From assembly GCA_016748015.1 (NCBI GenBank), contig JAAOMT010000699.1, positions 1 through 64,000 of the forward strand: a DNA stretch of 64,000 nucleotides, given 5' to 3'. Source of the stretch: Geosiphon pyriformis uo1 (Eukaryota; Fungi; Glomeromycota). Shown in pieces: positions 13,947-27,208 of this stretch. The stretch's first letter is position 1. Each line of letters starts with the position of its first letter. The notes under the pieces were generated by a model, which saw nothing but the letters and a program-made list of their open reading frames with translations, made no database searches and was not told the origin of the DNA. The position numbers and the translations under genes are program-made.

Positions 13947-16383
13947 ATGTTTCGGTTAATCGCACATTTGAGCCATTTCAGAAAATTGTCTTTACGCTCT
14001 GGTATATTCAGAGGGAATCTCCATTTGTGTTGATGAATTCTTGAAAAAATGCTATCTTAACACAATAATTTATTTGCTGACTTGAAATAAACTCAAAAAG
14101 TACGTGCATTTAGCGCCACAGCTCTGAGATTAAACGAGGTTGAGGTTTTCGTTGATGGGCGTTCAGTCAAGATTGAACAAGGAAGTGCAGTGATTCAAGC
14201 TTGTGAACAAGCTGGAGTGACAATACCACGTTTCTGTTATCATGAGGTATCCTTTAGATTTTTACTGAAAAGCCTGAAAGGGAACGAAAATACTTCAACT
14301 CTCAAACCTAGTTTCCTAAATCTAGCGTTTATCTATCGCCGGTAATTGCCGAATGTGTTTAGTGGAATTAGAAAGATCCCCTAAGCCGATTGCCTCTTGT
14401 TCAATGCCAGTTATGCCAGGCATGAAAATTAAGACTGATACTCCACTTGTGAAAAAAGCTCGTGAAGGGGTAATGGAGTTTTTATTGGCGAATCATCCAT
14501 TGGATTGTCCTATATGTGATCAGGGAGGAGAATGTGACTTACAAGATCAAGCGGTTCGATATGGTAGTGATCGTGGAAGATTCCACGAAGTAGCCGGCAA
14601 ACGTGCTGTAGAAGATAAAGATTTTGGGCCTTTAGTAAAAACGACCATGACAAGATGCATTCATTGTACAAGGTGTGTTCGATTTGCAACTGAAGTTGCT
14701 GGAGCCCCTGAATTAGGGACAAGTGGCCGAGGTAATGATATGCAGATAAGCACATATATTGAAAAAACACTTGATTCAGAAATGTCAGCCAATATTATTG
14801 ATTTATGCCCCGTTGGAGCGTTGACAGCAAAGCCTTATGCATTTTCCTATCGTCCTTGGGAGTTAAAAAGAACAGAATCTATTGATATCTTGGATGCCAT
14901 TGGGAGTAATATTCGAGTTGATTCCCGCGGTGTAGAAGTTATGCGTATTTTACCAAGAATAAATGATGATATCAATGAGGAATGGATTTCAGATAAAACC
15001 AGATTTGCATTTGATGGGTTAAAGAGACAACGTCTCACTACACCCTTAATCCGTCAAGGTGATAAGTTCCTACCAGCCACATGGGAAGAAGCTTTGCATA
15101 AGGTCGCTAAAGAAATTAAGAATGTAAAGGGTCCCGAAGCCAAGGCTATAGCTGGGCAGTTGGTTGATGTTGAAAGCCTTGTTGCTTTAAAAGATTTGTT
15201 TAATCGAATCGGATCTGACAATTTTTCCATCGATACACCCAACGGTTCCAAATTGCCAGCTCATGGTGTTGATTTTAGATCAAATTACTTGTTAAATAGC
15301 ACAATAGCGGGGGTCGAAGAAGCTGATGTACTTTTACTAGTCGGCACAAATCCACGTCATGAAGCACCAATTCTGAATACTAGAATTAGAAAAAGTTATC
15401 TTCATAATGGATTAGATATTGGTCTTATTGGTTTCTCAGCTGATACAACATATGAATATGAACATATTGGAACTAATAGCCAAGCACTTGAACTTTTATT
15501 ACAAGGATCACACTCATTCAACAAAAAACTCAAAGAAGCCAAACATCCTTTGATAATAATTGGGAGTGGAGTTTCAGAACATCCTGATGCAGAATTTGTG
15601 TATTCAGCTGTGGCTCGATTGATTGAAAAATATCAGGACAAATTCTTTCAAGATAGTTGGCAAGGATATGGTGTATTGCAAAGAAGTGCAAGTCGTGTTT
15701 CTATATATGATATCGGATTTATCCCGTCGGAACATTCACTTGATATTCGGCCAAAATTTATTTATCTGTTAGGTGCAGATGAGATAAATCCTGAAGATAT
15801 CCCTAAAGATACATTCGTTGTATATCAAGGGCATCATGGTGACATAGGGGCAAATTATGCAGATGTAATATTACCTGGTGCCGCTTATACTGAAAAGAAT
15901 GTCACATATGTAAACACTGAAGGCCGAGCTCAGACAACCCGGGCCGCAGTTCCTCCTCCAGGTGCTGCACGCGAAGACTGGAAGGCAAGTTAATTATTTC
16001 TTTTCGCAGCTACAATTTTTCAATATTTCAAGTAGTAGATCTAAATGTGAAAATTTTAATTCTAGATAATTCGTGCTCTATCCGAAGTTGCTGATGTGAA
16101 GCTCCCTTATGACGACTTAACCACTTTAAGAGAACGTCTCGAAGACATTGCCCCACATCTGACCCGTCATGATATATTGGAAATCACTACGAAACCAGAA
16201 ATTGGTCTAACCCAACTTAAAAATCAATGGGGAACAAAGCAATCATCTGGTGTCAATTTCAATCCAGTAGTACAAGATTTTTATATGACTGATAGCATTT
16301 CCAGAGCAAGTCAGACCATGGCAAAATGTTCGGCCGCTTTTACTCGAAAAACTTCATACAACCAAGAAACATTGCATATATAA
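13947..16383 (+). CDS. NDUFS1: NADH:ubiquinone oxidoreductase 75-kDa Fe-S subunit (NDUFS1/NUO78), 4 exons
   Basis: Mitochondrial presequence [18 protein letters not shown]. Motifs [56 protein letters not shown]. Introns ~14003-14100, 14247-14325 and 15985-16065 (GC-AG). Confidence 0.98.
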
Positions 16384-16737
16384 AATTTCAAGGAAGCAAA
16401 GATGATAATTCAGTTTGTTATTTATTGAAAGATGGCAATGGTGCAACCCATTTTTGTAAAATAATTCAAAATTTGAATAAGATTAAAATTTCGGTATTGG
16501 TGTTTCTAAAACCAGTTTGATAAAATAATGGGAAATGGCTTAGTAATCGACGTTGTATTTTTTATGCAGTCTTTTTGCTTGTTTTCAAATTTTAAGTACT
16601 AATATTCAAGATTTTTTATTTAATAATAAACTCGCAATTATTTTATATAGATTTTACAATAAGATTTTATTTTTATTACTTAAATGAATTGTGTTCTTTT
16701 TTTATTTATTAACATAGAACATGTACATATTTAAAAT

Positions 16738-18914
16738 AAAATACTCTTTGTCTCCTTAATTTTATGACCACGACCAGAGCAAAGAATAAAAAAGCTGCAC
16801 CTGATATCTTTCCTAAGATATCTAATAAGATTTCAACCAGAAGAGCTCTCTCTGTTGTAGAAGCAACTAGGCAGAACGTTTTAGAAGCCTTCTCTTTACC
16901 CAGTGATCGTGAAAAGCTGTCTTTGGTAGCTACTAAAGCAATTTCCTCATCTTTGGCTGGTTTTTTACCAGTCAAAAAGACACACTTGGGTTAGTTCTAG
17001 TGTTGTCTCTATTCCAACTAAGAGCCCAAAAGTTTTTAATAATAGACCAGTTAACAAGCTGGTCTTCTCCTCTATAGCTTTTACATCTGGTGTTGCTAGC
17101 ACTTTTTCTTCAAAAAAAATGGTCAAAAAGACCAGAAGTTCAGAAAAGTGGAAGCAATTACTTGCCTCTGCTATTGTTACACCAAGATCAACCACTGGCT
17201 GTGTTGCCAAATGTGGTGTCTTCTAACAGATCTTTACCAGTTTTGAAAGCAAAACAATCTCTTTTTGTTGGGTCACCTGTTCTTAAGAACTGGACTGATT
17301 AAATGAAAACTAAATCCAGTTTCTGGTGCTACTTTTGGTGGTGCCTGGGAAACTATTTCTAGTCATCAAAGATTTGCTGGGTGGGTGGTCTTTACTCTGG
17401 TGCTTGGTGCTACTTTCAAGATCAAATTGGCTTATGTTTCAGTCTGTGCATGGTTTTTTGGGTGTGAAGTCAGTTGTAAAAGACAATGTAAAGCTCTTCT
17501 GTATGGAGTTTGCTTTCCAAATCTCTTTGGATGCTGTATTTTTGGTGGAGCTTACAAGTTCTGTTTACTTTGCCACTCTTAAAATTGCTAAGTCTTTGGT
17601 GGTTTCTGAGTTTGGTTCCTCTTCTATTGTTGTTGCATTGTATGATGTGCCTTTAAGTATATCTGCTGCTGATATTAAGACAGCTTTTAGTGTTTTTGGT
17701 GTAGTTGCTCATGTTGTGCTGAAGTCTGTTGGCATTTAACAATATGTGGTGGTTTATTTTAAGAAATTGGACTCTGCTGTGGCTGTTCTAAATCATTGGT
17801 CAGTTTTGGTGGGCAAAAATAGTGTTAAAATTCTTCCTTTGGTGAATCAAAATGAGACTATTCTGTTTCAAGATAGATTTAAGGCCAAATTGGTCAATTT
17901 TTCTTCTGGTTGCACTGCCTTTGAGATTAGTAATATGATTTCTCAGGTTGGTAGTTGGACATGTTTTATTCTTTAGTCTTCTGATTCTGGTCATTGCTTT
18001 CACTTTGCTTTGGTTATATTTGGCTTCCAAGCTGATTTGGACTTTGCTGTTGTCAAAACTGGTACACTAAGAAAGTGCTGTATCTGGTGGGAAATTCCTG
18101 GTTGTCAGCATTGTTTTTGGTGTCAAGAGTTAGGCCATCTGGCTACTGATTGTAAGGTTTTTTCACCTTCCTCTCCTAAGTCTCCTAAGGTATTTGCACT
18201 ACACTTTATTGGTTCTACATCTTATGCCAAAGCTTCTGCACCTTTGAGCTCCTCTGAATTTCCACCTCTGTTATTTCTTATCTTTTCTCCAATTGTTGTT
18301 AGTAATCCTTTGGTGCTGTCTTGGTTGTCTTCTTTAGAATCTGATTTAACTAAGCTTTCTGCTTTGGTTGAGTCTATTGTTAAACCAGTTGGTTCTATAA
18401 TCAAATTGTTTGAACAATTTATTAATAGAAATTTGGTCTTAAGCAGCAATCTTGGCCTTAAAGTCAATAAAGTTATGATACATATGGGTGTCTTTAGTAA
18501 AGTTGTTGGTAAGTTGAGAAAGAAAGTGGTTTTTTTAAAAAAGAAATGCTGTATGGAAGACGTTGATATGTCTGGTGATTTAGAGTTTCTGCTTATTGTA
18601 AATAATGATGTGTTTTCTAATTTGTTGTCCCTTTGGGAGCATAAGTCTGTTGATATTAAAACTAATCTCTTTAAAACTGCCGAGTGGCTAGTTGGATTGG
18701 TTTTTTGCAGTGCAACTCTGTTTTCTGTTATTCAAAAAATGTTATCTTTGGATAAGTTTTCTTTTATAGCATTAATGTAGTGTGTTTTTGACTGGTCTGA
18801 GTGGCTGATTACATATAGAAAGTACATCATTAGCACCTAGTTTAGATCACTTAGTTTGATGTATTGTACTAGATAGCTTTTGGGCCTCGCTTATTAAAAC
18901 TCAATAAAAAAAAA
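16738..18914 (+). mobile_element. Non-autonomous ORF1-only non-LTR retroelement (HAL1-like) with poly(A) and 13-bp TSD
   Basis: Degraded ORF 16764-18780 with RRM-like blocks, CCHC knuckle CFWCQELGHLATDC and a coiled coil. The stop is followed directly by the LINE-family 3' UTR and A-tail. TSD ACATATTTAAAAT at 16725-16737 and 18915-18927. No EN/RT sequence. Confidence 0.85.
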
Positions 18915-20594
18915 ACATATTTAAAATGAATAAAAATATTACATATAACTGGTCATCTAAACAAGTTTAAGACTATTTTACATTAATGCATTTTTTTTAA
19001 TTTATATTATTATACAAATTAGACCTATAAAGTCAATTTTTTTTTCCCAATACATAATAACTGTAATTTTATTTACAAACAATATTTTTATTGTTTTAGT
19101 CAAAATATTTACCATATTTTTTACATGGTTTATTATTACAAAAACTTATATTATTAATTTTTTAATCTTATTAATACAAGTTATAAATAAAATATAAACT
19201 AAGTTTTTTATAACAGTTTTATTTTATTAATGTGCTAAATGTTAATAATTTTACTCTTTTTATAAAGCTATTAACAAATTTTATAAGAATATTTATTACC
19301 AAACTAAATTAAACTTTAAATTTAAATTTTTAAAAATTATTTTTTAATTTTATGATTAAGTATAAAAAAATTCAAAACAGTATAATTACTTAACCAATTA
19401 TTTAAGCATATAACAACAAATTAATCAATTAATTTAAAACAACATATTTTAATATTTAAACTTCAAAAAAATTATTTTAAAAAGCAAAAAAAATAACTTA
19501 ATAATTTAAAACCAAAATAATTAAAATTTTAATATTTATAATAGTATTTACAATTTAAAGTTTTTATTATATCTGGTTTTTTTTGGGTATTGGTTTTAAT
19601 TACTATTATATTAAAAGTTTTTTAATCTTAAAAATTAAATAATTAAAAAATAAAACAGATTTAGTTAAAAATTTAACAAACAATTTGATTTAAAAAATAA
19701 TAATTTTTTTTAATTAAAAAATTTAATATTGTTTTTTTATTATAAAACAGTAAATTTTAAAATTATTAAAAAGTTCTTAAAATGTAAATTTATATAAAAT
19801 AACTTTACATTATTTTTAAAATCTACTTTAAAATCAACAAAATTAAATAATAATTAAAATACAATTTTTAAAAACATTAAAACAAAAATTATTTTTAACA
19901 ATTAATAATAATTTTTTAATAATAATAATATTAAAAAAATATTGTTTTAATTATTATATTATTAATTTGATTTTTTAAGTAAATAATACTATTAAATAAA
20001 ACAATAAAATAGTACTATTTTTCTTATATAAATATAAAGTAGCTTTTAACTATTAAAAAAATATTTTTTTGTTTTAAAATAAAAGTTTTTTTTATTTATA
20101 ATATTTTTTAAGCAATAATTAAAGGCAATTTTAATATTGTTATTATTATTACAGTATGAATTATAATACTTTATTTTGGTTATAAATAATAGTTTTTTTA
20201 TTTTAAACAATATAATAATAGTAATAATATATTTATTAATTATAAAAATAAGACAAATTATATTTAAACACATGTGTTTTTTTATTGTTTAATAAATAAA
20301 ATTTAATTATTATTTAGTATATAAAAACAAATTAAGTATTTTTAATTAGACTTAAAAATATATTACGAGATTTGGAATCAATCATTATCATCAAAATATA
20401 ATCAATATACAACTATTTAATTGAAAAATTTAAACATATTTAATATTAATTTATTATATATTTTTTATTTTTTCTCTCGTCAATCCCCTGACCATAGCGA
20501 GAGCAAGAAGTAAATTGATAGAATAGCTTTCTTTTTTTCCTTTTTCCCCCTTCATCTTAAAGTTATTTCTCTCAATACATCCCTTTTTGTTAAT

Positions 20595-22523
20595 ATGGAA
20601 CCGACAGGCTCTTATGCTAGTAGTTCAGGTGGGTTTGGGGACCTGTTCTGGTGTTAAATCTAAACGCTTGGCGAGTGCTCACTCACGTGGTGCATCCTAC
20701 AAGAAACCTAAAAAGCCTGTTGCTGTCGGCAGTATGATTAATACGTCTGCTGGCCCTTTCAGCTTGGAAGATTTGGGTGAAGCTGGTGCCAAACCTGCAG
20801 TGTCTTGGGGTAGCAATGTCGGTAATATAGCAAGCAGTATGAATGGTCTTTCGGATGCGGAAAATATGACAAACTTGGTTACTGAAGAAACAAGCTATGC
20901 GGAATCTGGTAAGGACGATAATATGGATGAAGCCACGCCAAAGAAAACATGCACCAGGATGTATGCTTTGGGCAATCCAATGAAGCAACCCCTTTTCGAC
21001 AATGTGAGTGATGACAATAGTGCGCTAGAGCTCCCTCCTTGTTTGCTTAGTGATTCCAATCAATTTCGTGTCACGTGCTCCAGAGAAACAAAGCTTTGAT
21101 TCAACAAAATTTTTTGCTCTTGATATTGAACTTTCTGTCGTTCCTGGCAAAACCAATAATGATAAATTGATCAGTTTGAAAAAAAATTTTTATCACATTG
21201 ATGAATTTGGGGGAGTCTCAACTCCCTCAAAATTCTCAGGGATCATCAAATCCTCCTTTACATCTGAAATTAGTTTGAATAAGACTAGGAAAATGGCAAT
21301 TGGTAAGAAAATTTTAGTCAATGATAATCTAAGAAAAATGGGTGTCCATTCAGATTGGGAAGTGATAGTCAAGAAGATCCCAGTGAATCTTCCCAGATTG
21401 GCAGTAAAGTCAGTCTTTTCCAAATTTGGCAAGATTGTTTCAATCAAAATACAGCTGGTTGGTCTCTGGCAAAAGATCCTGGTTGAATTTGAGTCATCTA
21501 AAGTAGCTAGTCTGGTTGCTTCCAAATGGTCAGTCCTCATGGGAAAAGATTCGGTGCATGTGGCTTTGGCAGTTAGTGATAAACAAATGTGGGTATCAAG
21601 AGATCAGCATCGGGCTTTGCTTTATACTCTTTCGGTTGGCACCAATGCTCATGATCTTTCCAGTTTGATGGAATCATATGGTGGGAAGACTTGTTTCATT
21701 GGCTATAATCCTAATTTATATGTTCGTGATAGATGTGCTGTAATTTGTTTTGGTGATAAGGTGTCCAAGTTGGCTGCTATTGGTACTGTTCCAGTTTTCA
21801 AGGGTGTGAGTTTGCATTGGGCTGGTCTTTCTTTGGCCAGTTGTACTCATTGTAAAGAATTTGGTTATGTTACGGTCAACTGTTCCTTAGGTAAGTATTC
21901 TGGTGTTTGTGGGAAGAGAGTGGTCTCTGAGCAAGATCAGATTCGTCTAGCTGGGATATATAAGAAAAAGTTGGCTCCTATTGCTCGTCCAGTCTCATTT
22001 GGTGGTAAAACATGGGCCCAAGTTGCTGGTGGCTCTTTTTCTCGTGTGATTCCCTCTGGTTTGGTTGGTGCTGGTTTGCATTCTGGTTTGGTTTCTTCTT
22101 CAATGATGACTGACTCTTCTACTGTTTCTCATTTGAATAACTGGCTGGCAATTTTAGAGTGCTCTTTAGAGCTTTTGACTGACCGCGTTTCTGGCATTTT
22201 GGTTCAACTGGAATCCATTGATTTGGTTCCTGTGGCAACCCCATCTCTGAGCCTTCTTCCTGCTGTTTCTGAGACTTTGACTTCTAATGTGAATTCTGAT
22301 ATGATTATGGATATTGCTTTGGTTTTGTCTGGTACTCTTTCATCTGTTGTTTATAATACTGTTGTTGAGCTCAGCTCTAGTAGTTCCAAAGTCTTCACTG
22401 CCAAAGTGGGTGGTTTGGAAACAAAATTGATTGCTTTAGAGGCCTTGGTTGGTTCAGTTTTAGATAAGTTAAATATTCTGTGCTTCTGGTTCAGGTTTGT
22501 CAGTTCCTCTGTCTTTTTAATGA
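20595..22523 (+). pseudogene. LINE ORF1 (gag-like nucleic-acid chaperone), frameshifted
   Basis: ATG at 20595 (MEPTGS). RRM-like VIVKKIPVNLPRLAVKSVFSKFGKI, degenerate knuckle CTHCKEFGYVTVNC, TWAQV motif, coiled coil. Natural stop inferred at TAATGA 22518-22523. Confidence 0.8.
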
Positions 22524-25500
22524 CTCACTTAATTTGGAAAATTGCTGTGTGTAATGTCAGAGGTATGAACAATTGTATAAAGCAGGCAGACATTATATGT
22601 TGGCACAAGGATATAAACAATCTGGTCTCCATTGTTATTGAAACAAAGTTAAGAGGCATGGTTTGTCCGTGGATTGCCGATAAGTTCGATGGTGTTCATG
22701 TTTTTACTTCTGGTCTGGATTCTGGTCACATGGATTCTGGTGTTGCAATAATTATGAACTCTTCTTTAGCGAGGCACGTGTGCAAGATTTTGGAGATACC
22801 TGATCGGCTGTTGTTGTTAAGGCTGCTTTTTGGGAATAAACTTTCTGTGTCTATTCTGGGGTTGTATACTGGTGTGTTTTCAGTGGTTCGGGTTTCTCAG
22901 GCTAGTGATATTAATTCTCTTGTTGTCAAAGCTATGAATGAGACTTCTTTTGTTATTCTTGGTGGTGATTTTAATAAAGATGGGTCTCATAAATGTGCCA
23001 GTTTCAGAAAGTGTTTTGATTTGGGCCTGATCAACTCTCTAAGTGGAAGTGTTTTTGTGAAGTCTCCAACATGGTGCAATTCTTGTGGTGTTACCAAGAC
23101 AATTGATTACGTGTTGGTTTCCATTAGTTTAGTTAATGCAATCATAGATCGTAGTGTGATAGGTGTTGAGGATTTTTTTGATACTGATCATAAGGCTGTT
23201 TCCGTTTCTGTGGGTTTGGGTGGCTTGCTTGACCCTCAGCTAAATTTGATGCACAAGCAGGCTAATAAAGATCATTGGAAATTCAATTTTGGAGATGCTG
23301 GCGAAAAAGGGTAGAACAATTTTAAGAATGCTACATTGGCCAATAGCCTAATGTGCTCGAGTGATTTTGCTGCTTCTGTGGAATCTTCAGATTTGGATGC
23401 TATGTGGAACATTGTGCACAAAATAATGACTCTTTCAATGGTTGGGACATTTAAGAAGAAATGGTTTAAGGGTTATGATGAGGTTTTTACCAAGGGTTCT
23501 TCTAGGTTTCACAAGCTTGAGCTGCTGGTATCCAAGCTGGTTAAGGCATTTCATTTGTTGTCTAGTGTGGAATTTGCGTCATTGTTGAATACATAAGAGA
23601 GGCTCGACATCAATGGTGCTTCAGTAGTTAAGTTTTTGTTTCTTTTGGGTTCCAATTTTAACATAATTTACTCAGCTCTGGCTAAGGCAAGGAAGTCTTA
23701 CCATTCTGCTAAGTTGCTAGAATCCAGATGTGCTGAGGAATTCCATATTAGGGCAGCTATTGATAGGAGGATAGAAAGTTTTGAATCAGACAAAGGTCAC
23801 ACCATCAGGAGTGGTTTGGAGCGTTTCTTTTGCAAAGTGGTTCTGGATCATCTGGTTGTGGGTAATGAGTTAATTTTGGAGCCCAGCTTAGTCAAGGCTA
23901 GGGTGGATGGGATCATGGAAGGCTGGACCAAGAAGCACAAAGTGGTGCCTGATATCTCTAATAATTGGTCTTGCCAATACAAGCCTTTGGAGTATGTTTT
24001 CGATGGTGCCTTTTCTGGTGTAATGTGTCCCATTGGTTTCAATGAGTTGTTCAGTGTGGTTTCTAGTCTGTCTGAAGACAAGGCTGCTGGTCTCTTTGGG
24101 ATTTCGAACAAGCTCTGGAAACACTGTGACAAGTCAATTTTGGATATGCTTTTGGTGCTTTTAAATTCTTGCTTGATTCATGAATCAGTGCTTAGTGCTT
24201 GGAAGAAAGCTTGGGTCTTAATAATTCCTAAGCCATATGAGTAGGAAGGGGTTCTTACAAACACCTGACCTATTGCCTTGATTGAAACTGCCTGCAAGAT
24301 TTTTTTCAAGATTCTTTCAGATAAGATCTTGTTGGCTTGTAGTACTTTTAATGTTCTACGTGGGGACAATTTTTCGGTTTTAAAGGGCATGACAACTCAG
24401 TCTCCCATTTTCGCCATTGGTTCAGTTATTAAGGATGCTTTGGAGAAAAATTGTAAGCTCTGGTTGGTCTTATAGAACATGCAGAAAGCTTATGATTCTG
24501 TTGGATGGGAACACCTTTGGGACAGTTTGGTTAGAATAAAAATGTGCAGCAGATTCATTAGGTTTTTTGGCAGCATCCACAGTGGTCGCGTTAACAGAGT
24601 TATGACAGATTTTGGTTTGACGGATGAGTACAAGGTGTATGATGGCTTGGACCAAGAGGAGGTGTTCTCACCACTCTTTTGGGGCATATTTTATGATCTC
24701 TTTTTGTGTAAAGTTAAGAGACAGACAGATGGGTGTGGTTATAGAGTGAATTCTCATTTTATTTCTGGATGTGGTCATACTGAGTTTCGAGCTAGTGTAT
24801 TTTCATTTTTTGCAGTGAGTGCCTTTGTTAATGATACTATATGGGTTGGCAGCAGTCAAAGTACTACACAGCACATTCTTAATGTTGCTAGTGAATTTTT
24901 CGATATTAATAACATCTCAATTAATAATAATAAGACTGTTGCCATCCCCATCAATTGTGATGGTATGGCTTCCTCTTTGTTGATCAGTGGGTTACCTATT
25001 TCTGTTGTCAAGAAGGGGGAATCGCATTGCTATTTGGGGATCTATTTGTCAACTGAGGGTCTTTCGAAGCCTAGCTTGGCTAAGGCACATTTTGATGTCC
25101 AGTTTTTTTCTAATTTGGTTCTAAAAGAGGCAGTATCTAATAAGCAGTTTTCATATTTGGTTGTGGCGGTCTTCTTTTCTATCGTTAAATATAGAACACA
25201 GTTCAGCTATATTCCTATTAATGTTTGTAGGAAGTGAGACACTTTGATTCATAAGGGCTTGAGATCTAAATCTGGTTTGCCACATGATTTCCTTAATGAT
25301 GTGATTCATCACCCCTCTCTGTATGGTTTGAAGACTTTTGAACAGGTTCAGGCTGAGAGTAAATTGGCTTTGGTTGTTTCTTTCGTGAACTCTGTTGGAA
25401 TTTTGGGGTGTCTATTTTCTCACTGGTCACATGATCTACAGGTTCTCTGCTGGCGTCTGCTACATCCTCTACAGTATCCAGTTCATGTCAAGGTCAATCC

Positions 25501-27208
25501 TCTAAATAATTTTCTGGCAGGTGTGGTGCATATTTTCTCTGGGTGTGATTTGTCATTGGGTGGCTCTCTGGTTAGTGCTTTTCATCAGCAGGGTAGAACC
25601 TCTATGTTCTTTGTTCTTGGTGAATCATGTTATGTCAAGAGTGTCTCTTTACTTTAGCATTATGGGATAGCTTTCGTAAATCAGCTGTGGGACTGAAATG
25701 GAGCTGTTTTCAAATGGAAGACCTTCAAATGGTGGAAGTGGTTGGACCCACGTGGTCTGGTTCCTGCCTGGTTTGAGCTGTCCATTCGTTTTCTTGAAGG
25801 TGTGTCTTCTTCTCTTGTCTGTTCCATGCTTTTGGCTAGTTGCGACTTTTCGGATGTTCTTCAGTCTCGTGAGTTTGGCATCATTAGTGCCAGTTTGTTT
25901 GATTCCGATGTTGGTCGTCTTTCTGTTTATACAAATGGATCTCTAAGTAATTTAGGGACTGTTGATATGAAAACTGGAACTGCTGTTTTCTTTGAGAACA
26001 TTGATATGGGTTTGGGTGTAGAAGTATCTGGTTTGATGTCTTCTACCTTGACAGAACTGATGGCCATTGCTCTGGCACTCGAGTGCATCCCTTCTTCTTA
26101 CTCAGGCAACTTGTTCTTAGACAGTCAGACTGCTTTGGATGCTTGCAAGTTGGAGATGGAATTGGTTTGCCCAGATTTTAGGAATTAGTGTTGGATTGAA
26201 CACTGTCATATTGTGAATATCATTCATCGTAAAAATTTAAGAGTTAATTGGTGTAAGGTCAAAGAACACTCAGGGGTTTCAGGCAATGAACAGGCTGATA
26301 AGTTGGCAAGGACTACAGCTCTCTCTGGTTGGCATCTGCCCCATTTTGTCAATGAATGCTATCTAAGGGGTGGTGGTGCAGCTATTTCTGGTAATTCTAG
26401 GCATTTTGTTTGAGATGTTTTTTGGTCTGTTCATTATGTGCATTGGGAAGTCAGTTGTGGCATTGGGGTGGTGACAAATAGTCTGCGTACAGATATTGAT
26501 TGGTTTAGGTTGTCGCTGGTTTGGGATCCAGATTCTCACATGGCTGCTGGTTTTACTAGCAAGCAGACTGCTGGTCTCTGGACTTACTTTATGAAGGCAT
26601 TGCACCATCAGCTCCCGGTCGTCATGTGTAAGCGGCTTTATGATAAGTGCTACCCTAGTGTGGTGTATTTGTTCTGCAGTGATGTTGAGGTCTCTGACCA
26701 TGCTTTTTCTTGTTTATTTGATGCCAATAGTTGTGTTCAGTTGTTGGATGCTTATGTGGCAGTTTGAGGTGTGCACTCCGGTCTGGCTCATTCTTCTTCA
26801 GGTGTTTCGCAGCTGCTGTTTACTTGTGTGTCTAACATTTCAGTTAGTACTGCTCTGTACAAAGATTTTGTTTTCAAGGATTGGTTTTGTGAATCTGTTT
26901 CTGTCTTTAAGGATTTCAGAATAGCAAGTCAAAACATTGTGGCCTTTGTGTGTGAGTTCAACTTGGCTTTCTGGGAAGACATTTGGTTGGTTCACACCAA
27001 GCACCATGTATTTATGGAAAAAAATGGGCTTATTCTGTGCGATGGATCTGCTCCTGTTCCAATTTTTGGGCTTTTTTTAGGGCTGTCATCTGGCATAACC
27101 CGGTTGCTGGGTGTTGCTGAGGCAATTGGTGTTGGTTTCAGGTTTCATAAGTCTTGTTTGTTTTTTTTAGACATAGGGGGTGAGGTCTCTGTTTATATAG
27201 ATGCTTAG
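22520..27208 (+). pseudogene. LINE ORF2 (endonuclease, reverse transcriptase, RNase H), interrupted by stops
   Basis: Starts MTHLIWKIAVCNVRG. Successive ORF-track fragments lie in the same frame separated by single stop codons and end VSVYIDA*. Confidence 0.9.

Noticed and set aside
14510-15251. Antisense ORFs within NDUFS1 (similarly in the LINE, KMO and exonuclease)
   Set aside because: Shadow frames of real coding sequence with no independent motifs.
21050-23314. Genuine 754-aa ORF1-endonuclease fusion protein
   Set aside because: Best explained by a 1-nt insertion near 22484 in a dead LINE copy; the native stop-start overlap is still visible.
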